Shown in pieces: positions 1 through 7,349 of a stretch of 11,902 nucleotides of DNA (positions are counted from its first letter, which is position 1; every line of letters begins with the position of its first letter). A program made the translations under genes and the position numbers. The stretch comes from a virus (lineage: Duplodnaviria > Heunggongvirae > Uroviricota > Caudoviricetes), in the IMG/VR virus record IMGVR_UViG_2778261167_000009. One strand, written 5' to 3'. Under the pieces are notes generated by a model. That model was not told where the DNA came from, did not search any database, and saw nothing but the letters and a program-made list of their open reading frames with translations.

Positions 1-234
1 CTACATGTTTTCACATGACTGTTGCGTTGACCAATTGAATCTACAGGTTCGTATGTTGCGCATATCCACGCCGTTAAGCTCAATACCGTCACGGCGCATT
101 ACCTCAGCCACCACACGCGCGTAATTTTCGGCTATCACGCTGTCCGGCTGTGTAGCCTGTTCGTCAGGCTGCTGACTGATTCCGGTAATGCGGCGAATTA
201 TTTTTAGTAGATCAGTTTCAGTCATTCTCGTCAT
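1..234 (-). CDS. Hypothetical 77-aa protein immediately downstream of terL (possibly a head-completion or connector-type protein; function not recognised)
   Basis: Complete ORF; its ATG (232-234) overlaps the terL stop (231-233) in an ATGA arrangement, and its TAG stop is at 1-3. Same strand and operon as the packaging genes. Confidence 0.5.
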   Translation of the reverse strand: MTRMTETDLLKIIRRITGISQQPDEQATQPDSVIAENYARVVAEVMRRDGIELNGVDMRNIRTCRFNWSTQQSCENM

Positions 235-1892
235 ACCCCATCAAATGCCGCTAGTCGCTCTTTCTGGCTGTCGCTCATATCAAATGCAAATTCCTCATGC
301 TCAGCCTGGAATGTGCCAAACGCCATCAGCGCCGCAACGCTCGGGTCTATCTTGTTGGATGATTTTTTCTTGTTCGGCTTGATATTGGCGTTCGCGTCAC
401 TCTGCATCACAACATTACTCATTGACCAGGCCAGCACCGGATCACCACGATGCACAATCACCTTCCGGTTAACAAAAACCTCGAACGATTTCGCCGCCGG
501 ACTGAAACGAAGGTAGGTTTGAGGGAACGGCTCCACCTCAAAGCCTGCCCCCTGTAACTGCGTTCTCAGGTGCGTGGCGTTCCACGTATCAAAGCCCACC
601 AGCCTGATATTGAAATTCTCTGCATCCGCCATGATGTCATCACGGATACGGTCATAATCAATGCAGTCACCCGGTGTTGTGCGTATCCAGCCCGCCTTTG
701 CCCACTGGCGATAGATGGCGCGGTTTTTATTGGCGGGGTTCTGTAGCTGAAATTCCGGCAGATAATGACGAGAAACCAGCATAATGGTTTTACCAACCGG
801 AAAGGCATAGCACACGCTGGAGATGTCGCTTGTGGATGATAAATCAAGCCCCGCGTAACACTCCTGACCGTGTAAATCTTCCTCCGTGAACGTTCCGGCG
901 CACTCAGCCCATGCACCGTTACCCATCCACGGCGTAGCCCCCTGACACCAGATATTGAATCGCTTGGTGAGCATTTCCACCCACTGCGACGGAATACCCC
1001 GCGCTTTCTGGATGGTTGAGGCCAGTTTTTCACGATCTACGGAAACATCGATATTGGGATTCGCCTTTATCCACATCGCCGGATCGTCAACCTCGCTTTC
1101 ATCATCCAGCTCATAAATCAGAACGAACATGGATTCGTTCACCTCTTCACCATCCAGTATCTGGCAGCAATAGTCGTAGTGTTGTTTACAGGCTGAAACA
1201 ACGTTGCTCCCCGATGTGGTGATGGCAAATAACAGCCCCTCCGGGCGTGCCCCCATTCCCAGTTCAAGCGCGGAATAAACCCCGTTGTCAGGGTGCAGGT
1301 GATATTCATCCACAATGGCAAGACTCGGGTTTGTACCTTCAATGGTTGCTGCTTTTGCTGCCAGTGGCTTTAACAGACTGTTGGTTTTCGGGTGTATCAC
1401 CTTGTGTGCCTGAATATTTACCCGCTTTCGTAACGGTCGGGATAAAAGGCACATCTGACGCGCATCATCAAACACGATCCGCGCCTGATCACGACTCACG
1501 GCGGCGGTGTAAATATCCTGCTGCCCGTTTTCCATAACCAGAAACCAGTTAGCCAGGATAGCGGCGACCGTGGATTTGGCATTTTTTCGCGGTACTTCAA
1601 TGAATGCGCTGGTGTATTTGCGCCGTCCGGTGGCCTTAACCTTAAAGCCCAGGATGCACGCAAAGGCGAACTGCTGCCACGGCTCCAGCTCAATGGGGCT
1701 ACCGCGCATTGCGCCTTTTACGTGCGGACACACCCTGGAAAAGGCAATAAACCGCTCCACGACCTCCGGATCGAACGTGTAAAGGGGGTTTTCAAGGTCA
1801 GAAAAATACCGTTTAACGGCCTGTTTCAGTCGTTTACAGGCCGTAATTTTGCCGTTTTTTACGCCTTCTGCGTACTCATGCCAGGCGGTCAA
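231..1892 (-). CDS. terL: Terminase large subunit
   Basis: 553-aa translation has a typical TerL N-terminal ATPase region (KITACKRLKQAV..., IAFSRVCPHVKG, LEPWQQF) and C-terminal nuclease region. The only in-frame start before residue 61 is TTG at 1890-1892, preceded by a purine-rich SD-like stretch (GAGGAAGAGGA). It overlaps the terS 3' end by 17 nt. Confidence 0.9.
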   Translation of the reverse strand: MTAWHEYAEGVKNGKITACKRLKQAVKRYFSDLENPLYTFDPEVVERFIAFSRVCPHVKGAMRGSPIELEPWQQFAFACILGFKVKATGRRKYTSAFIEVPRKNAKSTVAAILANWFLVMENGQQDIYTAAVSRDQARIVFDDARQMCLLSRPLRKRVNIQAHKVIHPKTNSLLKPLAAKAATIEGTNPSLAIVDEYHLHPDNGVYSALELGMGARPEGLLFAITTSGSNVVSACKQHYDYCCQILDGEEVNESMFVLIYELDDESEVDDPAMWIKANPNIDVSVDREKLASTIQKARGIPSQWVEMLTKRFNIWCQGATPWMGNGAWAECAGTFTEEDLHGQECYAGLDLSSTSDISSVCYAFPVGKTIMLVSRHYLPEFQLQNPANKNRAIYRQWAKAGWIRTTPGDCIDYDRIRDDIMADAENFNIRLVGFDTWNATHLRTQLQGAGFEVEPFPQTYLRFSPAAKSFEVFVNRKVIVHRGDPVLAWSMSNVVMQSDANANIKPNKKKSSNKIDPSVAALMAFGTFQAEHEEFAFDMSDSQKERLAAFDGV

Positions 1893-2232
1893 GCTCGTCC
1901 TCTTCCTCTGTTTCCGGTGGATTTCTGCGGCGGCTTACCGGGTCAAAACCCAGCAAAGAAGCCATTTTGATCATTATTCTTTCCGCGTCAGCCTTTGCGC
2001 TCAGGGCGGGGTTTCTGCTCTCGCTGCCCTGACTGTTAACAATGCTGAACCCGCGCGTCGCAAGGTCTTCGACGGCTTTGCGGTATATGGAGTAGTTAAC
2101 ACAATACAGTTCCAGATTGCTCCAGTCGGCGGGGGTAAGGTCTTCCCGCCCGGAAAGCTGGCGCGATTTTTCCTTCCACTGCCTGACCGCGATTTCATCC
2201 AGGTAAGCGGGGGCTTTTGGTGGTCTTGCCAT
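1876..2232 (-). CDS. terS: Terminase small subunit, P27-family-like
   Basis: Translation from the ATG at 2230-2232 (MARPPKAPAYLDEIAVRQW...LELYCVNYSIYRKAVEDL...NPALSAKADAERIMIKMASLLGFDP) resembles P27-type small terminase subunits. The ORF-track extension to 2373 runs through a G-rich non-protein-like stretch and is not used. Confidence 0.8.
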   Translation of the reverse strand: MARPPKAPAYLDEIAVRQWKEKSRQLSGREDLTPADWSNLELYCVNYSIYRKAVEDLATRGFSIVNSQGSESRNPALSAKADAERIMIKMASLLGFDPVSRRRNPPETEEEDELDRLA

Positions 2233-2520
2233 GTTCTTTTTTCGCCCAATTATTTTCAAAAAAATTACCGTGCACAAAAATTTGAGGGGGCGGTCGGTGT
2301 CCGGTAGGGACGGTTTCGTCCTGAAAACCACCCCCACCCCCTCTGACGGCCTCACCAGCGATTGCGAAAACATTCCATGACCTCGCGGTCACGGTCGGTT
2401 AATCGCTTCGCTGTGGTGCGTTTTGTGCGCCCTGTCCTGTTGGCTTTGTGCTCTGTCTCCTGTGTCTTCCATGTGTCACGCTGCCTTATCAGTCCACGTA
2501 TCAGCCTGGTTTGCTCCTGT
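2233..2520. other. Candidate cos/packaging-site region between the HNH and terS genes
   Basis: 288-bp non-coding gap directly upstream of terS, containing G/C homopolymer tracts (gaggggg at 2284-2290, ccacccccaccccctc at 2327-2342), an inverted repeat gaggggg/ccccctc and a short hairpin (2307-2321). Position matches where HNH-dependent cos phages carry cos. Not verified. Confidence 0.3.
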
Positions 2521-2961
2521 TCAGTCATCATCGCCATACATCCAGTCGTTACGGTGTGCCGCCCGTTCTTCCTGCTCGCGATACATGCCCGCTTTACGGT
2601 TTGCTTTCGTGGCTGGATCTTCCCGTGTCGTCTTACGGTTGTGGCACGTCTGGCACAATGCCTGGTGATTCCACTCAGGCCAGAAGAGAACATCACCGCC
2701 GCCATTGATGGGAATGATGTGATCCACCACAAGAGCTGGTGTATAAATACCCTTAGCCAGACAACGCACGCATAACGGGTTTTTGCTCAGGTACAGGGCG
2801 CGGTATTTGTCCCACTGTCGGGAATACCCACGTGCGCGGCGGTGTCCCCGTCTGGCATCCTCTGCACGCCATGCAGCCCGCCTGTGCTCTTCACACTTGC
2901 CGGACTTCACGCGCTTATTACAGCCCGGCTCAGTGCATCGCCTTAATGGTTGCCACGGCAT
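2521..2961 (-). CDS. HNH endonuclease, packaging-associated
   Basis: 146-aa translation with cysteine pairs (CTEPGCNKRVKSGKCEEH, CVRCLAKG) and an HNH core (VVDHIIPINGGG...NHQALCQTCHNRKT). ATG at 2959-2961 shares one nucleotide with the connector stop. Located immediately upstream of terS. Confidence 0.9.
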   Translation of the reverse strand: MPWQPLRRCTEPGCNKRVKSGKCEEHRRAAWRAEDARRGHRRARGYSRQWDKYRALYLSKNPLCVRCLAKGIYTPALVVDHIIPINGGGDVLFWPEWNHQALCQTCHNRKTTREDPATKANRKAGMYREQEERAAHRNDWMYGDDD

Positions 2962-3263
2962 CAGTACACCCCCACATCACGATAAACCGACCAGAGCGCA
3001 GAAATAGCCATAGGCAGTTCCGAGTGCTCAACTGGTGAAACCGCTTCCCGGTTCTCGTACAGGAAAGCGATGTACATCAGGCAACCAACACGTATTGCCG
3101 GGGTAAATTCCAGGCCGTCTTCAAAACGTTTCCCGATATGCTTCTGGCAGGCTTCCAGCGCCGCATCGGTATATATTTGCAGAAGTTCAACCTCACCATA
3201 AAAATCATCATCAAGGCGAAGATGGGCCATTACTTCATTAAGCGTAATTCTGGATTCACTCAT
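2961..3263 (-). CDS. Head-tail connector/adaptor protein, gp6-like
   Basis: Translation from the ATG at 3261-3263 (MSESRITLNEVMAHLRLDDDFYGEVELLQIYTDAALEACQKHIGKRF...) fits the gp6-like connector pattern. RBS GGTG lies upstream. The ORF-track extension to 3350 overlaps the portal 3' end and is not used. Confidence 0.75.
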   Translation of the reverse strand: MSESRITLNEVMAHLRLDDDFYGEVELLQIYTDAALEACQKHIGKRFEDGLEFTPAIRVGCLMYIAFLYENREAVSPVEHSELPMAISALWSVYRDVGVY

Positions 3264-4470
3264 CTTTTTCACCTTTAATTTCCACAGTCTGCTTCCATGC
3301 CTGGCTGAACTCGTCACCACCTTCACGCGGCGGCATACCCTCACGCTCACGGGCTTCGTTCGGATTCATGATCCCGTTCTTAATCCCTTTCTCATACGTG
3401 GCATAACGTTCGGTGGGTGTGGCGCGTAATAAATCGGCTGAATCAAACTCAACCAGATAACGGGTACCAGGTACGGGAGAAGCCACCAGCAAAGCGGCCT
3501 TGATTTGCTGTTCGAAGTTCGCCAGCCATGGGCGCATTGTCATGGTCAGAAACGCGCGGCTTGCCTCGCTGAAATTGCTGTAGGTGCTGTTGCTGTATTC
3601 CTGCAGAAAAATAGGCGATACGTTGAACATGCGGGCGATGTCTTCAATGGAGAAGCGACGGGAGGCCAGCCATTCCGCATCCTGGTTACTCATTCCCAGT
3701 TGCTTGTAATCCATGCCCCCTTCAAGGATTGGCGTTTTTCCGGCATTTTTCGCCCCCTTGTAGCGTTCCAGAGCATCTAATGCCTGTTTACCTTTCACGC
3801 CGTCCAGCCATTCGCCTGACGTGATAATCCCTGCCGCCATCATGCCATCTTTCATAATGCTGGCTCCGTGGCGCTGTTGAGCAAGGCCAAGCCCAAGCGC
3901 CTCACGGCAAATCGTGACAGGGGAGCGCCCCAGAAAGCCATCATCCGAGGCATAGCGGAGATGCAGAACTTCTTCCTGTAAATACGTGCGCACCGTTCCT
4001 GTATAGGGTTCGGTGATGGTATAGCGGTATTTGTGTGCGCCTGTGCGTTCCGGTACAACACACCCCGGCGCATAAGGATGAAGTGATTTTGGCTGCCCGT
4101 CCTGCCCCCACTCAATAACCGCATAGGCGTTACCGTTCAGCAGGCAGTGACGCATCATTGTGCGTTTAAACTGGTAAGGTGTCTGGCACGAATTAGGCTG
4201 CTCATTCAGCAGAATATCTACCGGGTGACTGTCCAGCCATTCCCGCGCCTCCCTGCCCTTGTCATTACGTACCAGATACAGATAACACGGCATCGTGGCC
4301 ACCGCCTCAGCGATGACAGAAACCGCGTTCATCACTGCAGGCAATGATTCAGCCGTCCCGGCAGAAACATATTCTCCGGATCCGGTATTCGGTACGCCGG
4401 ACAGCGCCAGAAAATCATCAATGGACAGGTTACGCTGCTCGCTTTTTTTACGACTAAAAGGCCACCACAT
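3256..4470 (-). CDS. Portal protein, HK97 family
   Basis: About 404 aa from the ATG at 4468-4470 (MWWPFSRKKSEQRNLSIDDFLAL...), with portal-like core motifs (FSIEDIARMFNVSPIFLQEY, RPWLANFEQQ). The start lies 1 nt after the protease stop, suggesting coupling. The upstream extension to 4560 is not protein-like. Confidence 0.9.
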   Translation of the reverse strand: MWWPFSRKKSEQRNLSIDDFLALSGVPNTGSGEYVSAGTAESLPAVMNAVSVIAEAVATMPCYLYLVRNDKGREAREWLDSHPVDILLNEQPNSCQTPYQFKRTMMRHCLLNGNAYAVIEWGQDGQPKSLHPYAPGCVVPERTGAHKYRYTITEPYTGTVRTYLQEEVLHLRYASDDGFLGRSPVTICREALGLGLAQQRHGASIMKDGMMAAGIITSGEWLDGVKGKQALDALERYKGAKNAGKTPILEGGMDYKQLGMSNQDAEWLASRRFSIEDIARMFNVSPIFLQEYSNSTYSNFSEASRAFLTMTMRPWLANFEQQIKAALLVASPVPGTRYLVEFDSADLLRATPTERYATYEKGIKNGIMNPNEAREREGMPPREGGDEFSQAWKQTVEIKGEKDE

Positions 4471-4471
4471 A

Positions 4472-5032
4472 TCACAACCCCGCCAGCTCAGACCAGCGAT
4501 GGCGATTATTTCCTGTCGGACGTAATTCAGGGTGCTGTGCAAACAACGAACGGTGGGCAATCTCCACGCCAGATTCTGGATAAGCAGGCATCGACGTTAT
4601 TGTGATTTCACGGAGTTCAGCGGCGGTTACGGTACGCAAATACGGTTTTTGCGCGATACTCCACTCCTCGCATAATGCGCGAAAACCAAAGCTCATTCCT
4701 GTAATGTCGCCACGCTCCACCAGCGTAAGCACATCTTTTCCAAGCTGGGTATCCGGCGGTGTCAGTTCAAAACGTAACCCGGTGTTATCCTCAGTCAGTA
4801 CCAGAGTGCCGGATTTGGTGCGCCCCAGCAGTCGGGTATAGTCATGCTCATACAGGCAGCGCACATCATTACCCGCCGCCAGATAGTCAGCAAAAGCCCC
4901 CGGCGTGAACTGTTCGCGGAATTCGTCCCAGATAATTTCTGAAAGGCTGTTCCAGCGAACGGCATACCCCACCAGCTTTTTATTGCTGGCGGTCAGTTCA
5001 GATGTGCGGATTTCAAAATCGGTGTTTTTCAT
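4472..5032 (-). CDS. Prohead maturation protease, HK97 family (S78/U35-like)
   Basis: 186-aa translation (KKLVGYAVRWNSLSEII, FTPGAF, LYEHD, LGRTKSGTL, GDITGMSFGF). RBS GGAG sits 8 nt upstream of the ATG at 5030-5032. Confidence 0.9.
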   Translation of the reverse strand: MKNTDFEIRTSELTASNKKLVGYAVRWNSLSEIIWDEFREQFTPGAFADYLAAGNDVRCLYEHDYTRLLGRTKSGTLVLTEDNTGLRFELTPPDTQLGKDVLTLVERGDITGMSFGFRALCEEWSIAQKPYLRTVTAAELREITITSMPAYPESGVEIAHRSLFAQHPELRPTGNNRHRWSELAGL

Positions 5033-5053
5033 CGGTGTACTCCATAAAACTGA

Positions 5054-5074
5054 AAAAGGAGGCCGCAGCCTCCT
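5054..5074 (-). terminator. Terminator-like or attenuator hairpin between the capsid and protease genes
   Basis: On the minus strand: stem AGGAGGC, loop TGCG, stem GCCTCCT (plus 5057-5074), followed by a TTTT run, lying in the 54-bp gap after the major capsid stop. Could raise capsid transcript levels relative to downstream genes. Confidence 0.4.
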
Positions 5075-5086
5075 CCTTACTCATGA

Positions 5087-6256
5087 CTAGCCAGCTTTCA
5101 TTTCCAGAATTTTGATGGCGTTTGAATCCACCACACCACCGCCCAGATATTTATCCGTGTGGACCTTGTAGAATCCGGGTTCAGTAATGTTGTCCGGTCG
5201 GGTGCGAATCCCTGTTACATGATCAACGATGAAATAACCACGACTGAAATCGCCAACCGCTAGCGGTGCTTTTCCTGTGCCGATGTCCGGCATGGACTCC
5301 AAGCAGTAAACAGGACGACCAAGCAACATATCCGGCGCACCTTCTTTAAGGCTGTCGCGCCAGATATAATCGCCGTTCTCATTTTTCAGCTTCTGTAGTG
5401 TCCCTGCCGTGCCCGAGTTCATCACCCAGACGGCATTTTTGCGGTATTTCGCTTTCAGCTTGTAGAGAATGTCGATCAGTTCGTCCGCTGTAATGGCGGT
5501 TCCACTTGCCGCTACCATTTTTTCAATGGTGCCAAAAGCGCGGGTTTTGTCACTGGTCGCCGCACGGGTGTAAGCCATGAAGCCTTTCGGCTTGCCGTTA
5601 CCGTCGCCATTAACAAAATCATCCTCTTCGGTGCTGGCGAACGTGTCGGCAATTTCGGAGGATAACCAGCCCAGAATATCCACCTCTGAAAAATCTAGGA
5701 TTTCCTGCGTGGTTTTCGGGTAGGCGTAGATCGGATTCAGCTTGATGGTTACGCGTTCAATTTTCGGGGTGTTGGTTTCACTGCGTGCGCTGCCTTCTGT
5801 GCCTCGTCCTACAGTTGCGCCGCCAGTGGAAACCAGTTTCTGAAACTCATTTGATTTTGCAGTCTTCACGGTCGCGATCACGCGCATAACACTGTCATCC
5901 TGTAGCTGGCGCATGACTTCGCGATCAAGCTCAGGAATTACGGTATATCCGCCATCCCTGCCGCTGTCAGTGCTGGTGGACAGAGATCGCACATCTCCGG
6001 TTACGATGTAGTTACGCAATTCATCAGATGATAATTTCTGGATGCCCGTTCCTGGCTTGCTGCGTTCTTCATCAGCCACAGACTCGAGGCGGGAAATTTC
6101 TGTGTCGAGGGAGTCGGCTTTTGCACGCAGTTCATCAAACTGTTTGCCCTCGTCATCGTTCAGGCTGCGGTTTTCACTGTCGGCTTTTTCCAGCAGAGAT
6201 CGCATCTGGTTTTTCAGGGCGGTTTTTTGCTGGCGGAGTTCGATTAATTTCTTCAT
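5087..6256 (-). CDS. Major capsid protein, HK97 family, with N-terminal coiled-coil delta/scaffold domain
   Basis: 389-aa translation. The first ~100 residues are charged and coiled-coil-like (KKLIELRQQKTALKNQMRSLLEKADSENRSL...), followed by an HK97-type capsid core (GGYTVIPELDREVMRQL, FMAYTRAATSD, GRPVYCLESMP). Confidence 0.9.
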   Translation of the reverse strand: MKKLIELRQQKTALKNQMRSLLEKADSENRSLNDDEGKQFDELRAKADSLDTEISRLESVADEERSKPGTGIQKLSSDELRNYIVTGDVRSLSTSTDSGRDGGYTVIPELDREVMRQLQDDSVMRVIATVKTAKSNEFQKLVSTGGATVGRGTEGSARSETNTPKIERVTIKLNPIYAYPKTTQEILDFSEVDILGWLSSEIADTFASTEEDDFVNGDGNGKPKGFMAYTRAATSDKTRAFGTIEKMVAASGTAITADELIDILYKLKAKYRKNAVWVMNSGTAGTLQKLKNENGDYIWRDSLKEGAPDMLLGRPVYCLESMPDIGTGKAPLAVGDFSRGYFIVDHVTGIRTRPDNITEPGFYKVHTDKYLGGGVVDSNAIKILEMKAG

Positions 6257-6481
6257 GAAGGTTTTCTCGTATTGGTTAAGATTCAGGACGTGAAACCAAC
6301 ACGGAGGGAGCGCCGCCCGACACTCTCGGCATCTCGCAGATCAACCCGGCATCGCGCAGGGGGTCAGGCGGCATTGTGGCGGCTCACGTCTGAGTGCCAC
6401 GCTCCAACATATACATAAAAATCAGTATGTAAACACCTGTCAGTCAGACCGAACAACCACGAAAGAACACGAACAAATAAT

Positions 6482-6511
6482 TTACAAAAGAAGTAAACCA
6501 TGGCCTATTAT
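6482..6511 (+). promoter_or_regulatory. Putative sigma70 promoter for the AT-rich cargo gene
   Basis: TTACAA (6482-6487), 18-bp spacer, TATTAT (6506-6511), then RBS AAAGGA (6531-6536) and ATG at 6543. Pattern match only. Confidence 0.35.
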
Positions 6512-6542
6512 TGCTGTCTCTGACTACAACAAAGGACGCATC

Positions 6543-7049
6543 ATGAATTTAAGCGCAATGGTATACCCTGATACTTTCATAATTAATGGCGAATCATTCA
6601 GAGGTAAAAGAAACGCAAAAGAAAACAAGGTATTAATTCCATATACAAATGAACCGGAAGTAACTATTGGTCAACACATTATCCAGCGTGTCGGTAAAAA
6701 CGAGATAAATCTAAAAATTATAGATATGAAGTTGCTTCCCAATGGAACCCTCAGACAGGGAACCAATCATCCAAATATGTTGACTCTCTATATTGAAAAT
6801 ATCACGGGAAATGAACATATGACGCCAACTAAAAGTAATACATTTAACATTGGTTCAATTAGTGGTGATCAAGTGCAGATAGGTGAGCATAACCATATGC
6901 TGGTAAACATCAGCATCACTGAACTGGTTGAAAAAGTCGCTAAATCGGGGGATGTACAAGCCAAATCAGTATTAAAGCAGTTACTGGAAAACAGTACCGT
7001 TGCCAGCATTGTTGGGGCTGGCGCAAGTGCCCTAATAGGCTTACTGTAA
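6543..7049 (+). CDS. Hypothetical 168-aa protein, AT-rich cargo/moron gene; unrecognised N-terminal domain and C-terminal hydrophobic glycine-zipper-like tail
   Basis: The only long plus-strand ORF in the core, opposite to all flanking genes and visibly more AT-rich. Good RBS and its own promoter and terminator. Translation ends ...ENSTVASIVGAGASALIGLL. No family recognised. Confidence 0.7.
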   Translation: MNLSAMVYPDTFIINGESFRGKRNAKENKVLIPYTNEPEVTIGQHIIQRVGKNEINLKIIDMKLLPNGTLRQGTNHPNMLTLYIENITGNEHMTPTKSNTFNIGSISGDQVQIGEHNHMLVNISITELVEKVAKSGDVQAKSVLKQLLENSTVASIVGAGASALIGLL

Positions 7050-7051
7050 AA

Positions 7052-7086
7052 AAATGGCCTGGATTTTACCAGGCCTTTATTATTTT
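7052..7086. terminator. Bidirectional rho-independent terminator between convergent genes
   Basis: Stem GGCCTGG (7056-7062), loop ATTTTA, stem CCAGGCC (7069-7075), flanked by an A-run upstream and TTTATTATTTT downstream, so a U-tract follows the hairpin on both strands. Stop codons of the 6543-7049 gene and the 7085-7333 gene abut it. Confidence 0.6.
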
Positions 7087-7333
7087 ACCGTTTCACGGGA
7101 TCGCGCATTCTGCGCCTTATTTTCCACAGATATTCGATCATTGCTTCCACCTGCTCACGGTTGGTTGCGAAAATTTCCCCGGTCAGTGAGCTACGCAGAA
7201 AATCATGATGATCCACAAAAAACAACGCATCGGAAGAAAGCAGACGGCGATATTTTTTTGCTGTCATGGTTTCCAGATCATCAAAATCATGAAACTTTTT
7301 ATGTTGCTGGACTTCTTCAAATGTCACTGGCAT
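7085..7333 (-). CDS. Hypothetical 82-aa protein
   Basis: Translation from the ATG at 7331-7333 (MPVTFEEVQQHKKFHDFDDLETMTAKKYRRLL...), preceded by RBS AGAGGGG. The ORF-track extension to 7381 would overlap the SSB gene. No family recognised. Confidence 0.55.
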   Translation of the reverse strand: MPVTFEEVQQHKKFHDFDDLETMTAKKYRRLLSSDALFFVDHHDFLRSSLTGEIFATNREQVEAMIEYLWKIRRRMRDPVKR

Positions 7334-7349
7334 GTCCCCTCTGTTGTCG

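Noticed and set aside
2233-2373. N-terminal extension of the terS ORF back to the ATG at 2373
   Set aside because: The extension translates the G/C homopolymer tracts into non-protein-like sequence (PSEGVGVVFRTKPSLPDTDRP...). The recognisable small-terminase N-terminus begins at MARPPK (ATG 2230-2232).
2352-2537. Small basic ORF on the minus strand (from an internal ATG of the 2352-2732 ORF, about 61 aa) just downstream of the HNH gene
   Set aside because: Arg/Thr-rich low-complexity translation with no clear RBS, lying in the G-rich putative cos region and overlapping the HNH 3' end. More likely a chance frame, though a small DNA-binding protein cannot be excluded without expression data.
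188-2775. Plus-strand ORFs antisense to terL, terS and HNH (e.g. 1849-2307 152 aa, 2362-2775 137 aa, 313-516)
   Set aside because: They lie wholly within or across well-supported minus-strand genes and give low-complexity, Cys/Arg/Ser-rich translations with no RBS. They are shadow ORFs.
3264-3350. N-terminal extension of the connector ORF
   Set aside because: It overlaps the portal 3' end. The internal ATG at 3261-3263 has an RBS and starts a typical gp6-like N-terminus.
4471-4560. N-terminal extension of the portal ORF
   Set aside because: It would overlap the protease gene by about 90 nt with an unconvincing translation. The ATG at 4468-4470 sits 1 nt after the protease stop and gives a typical portal N-terminus.
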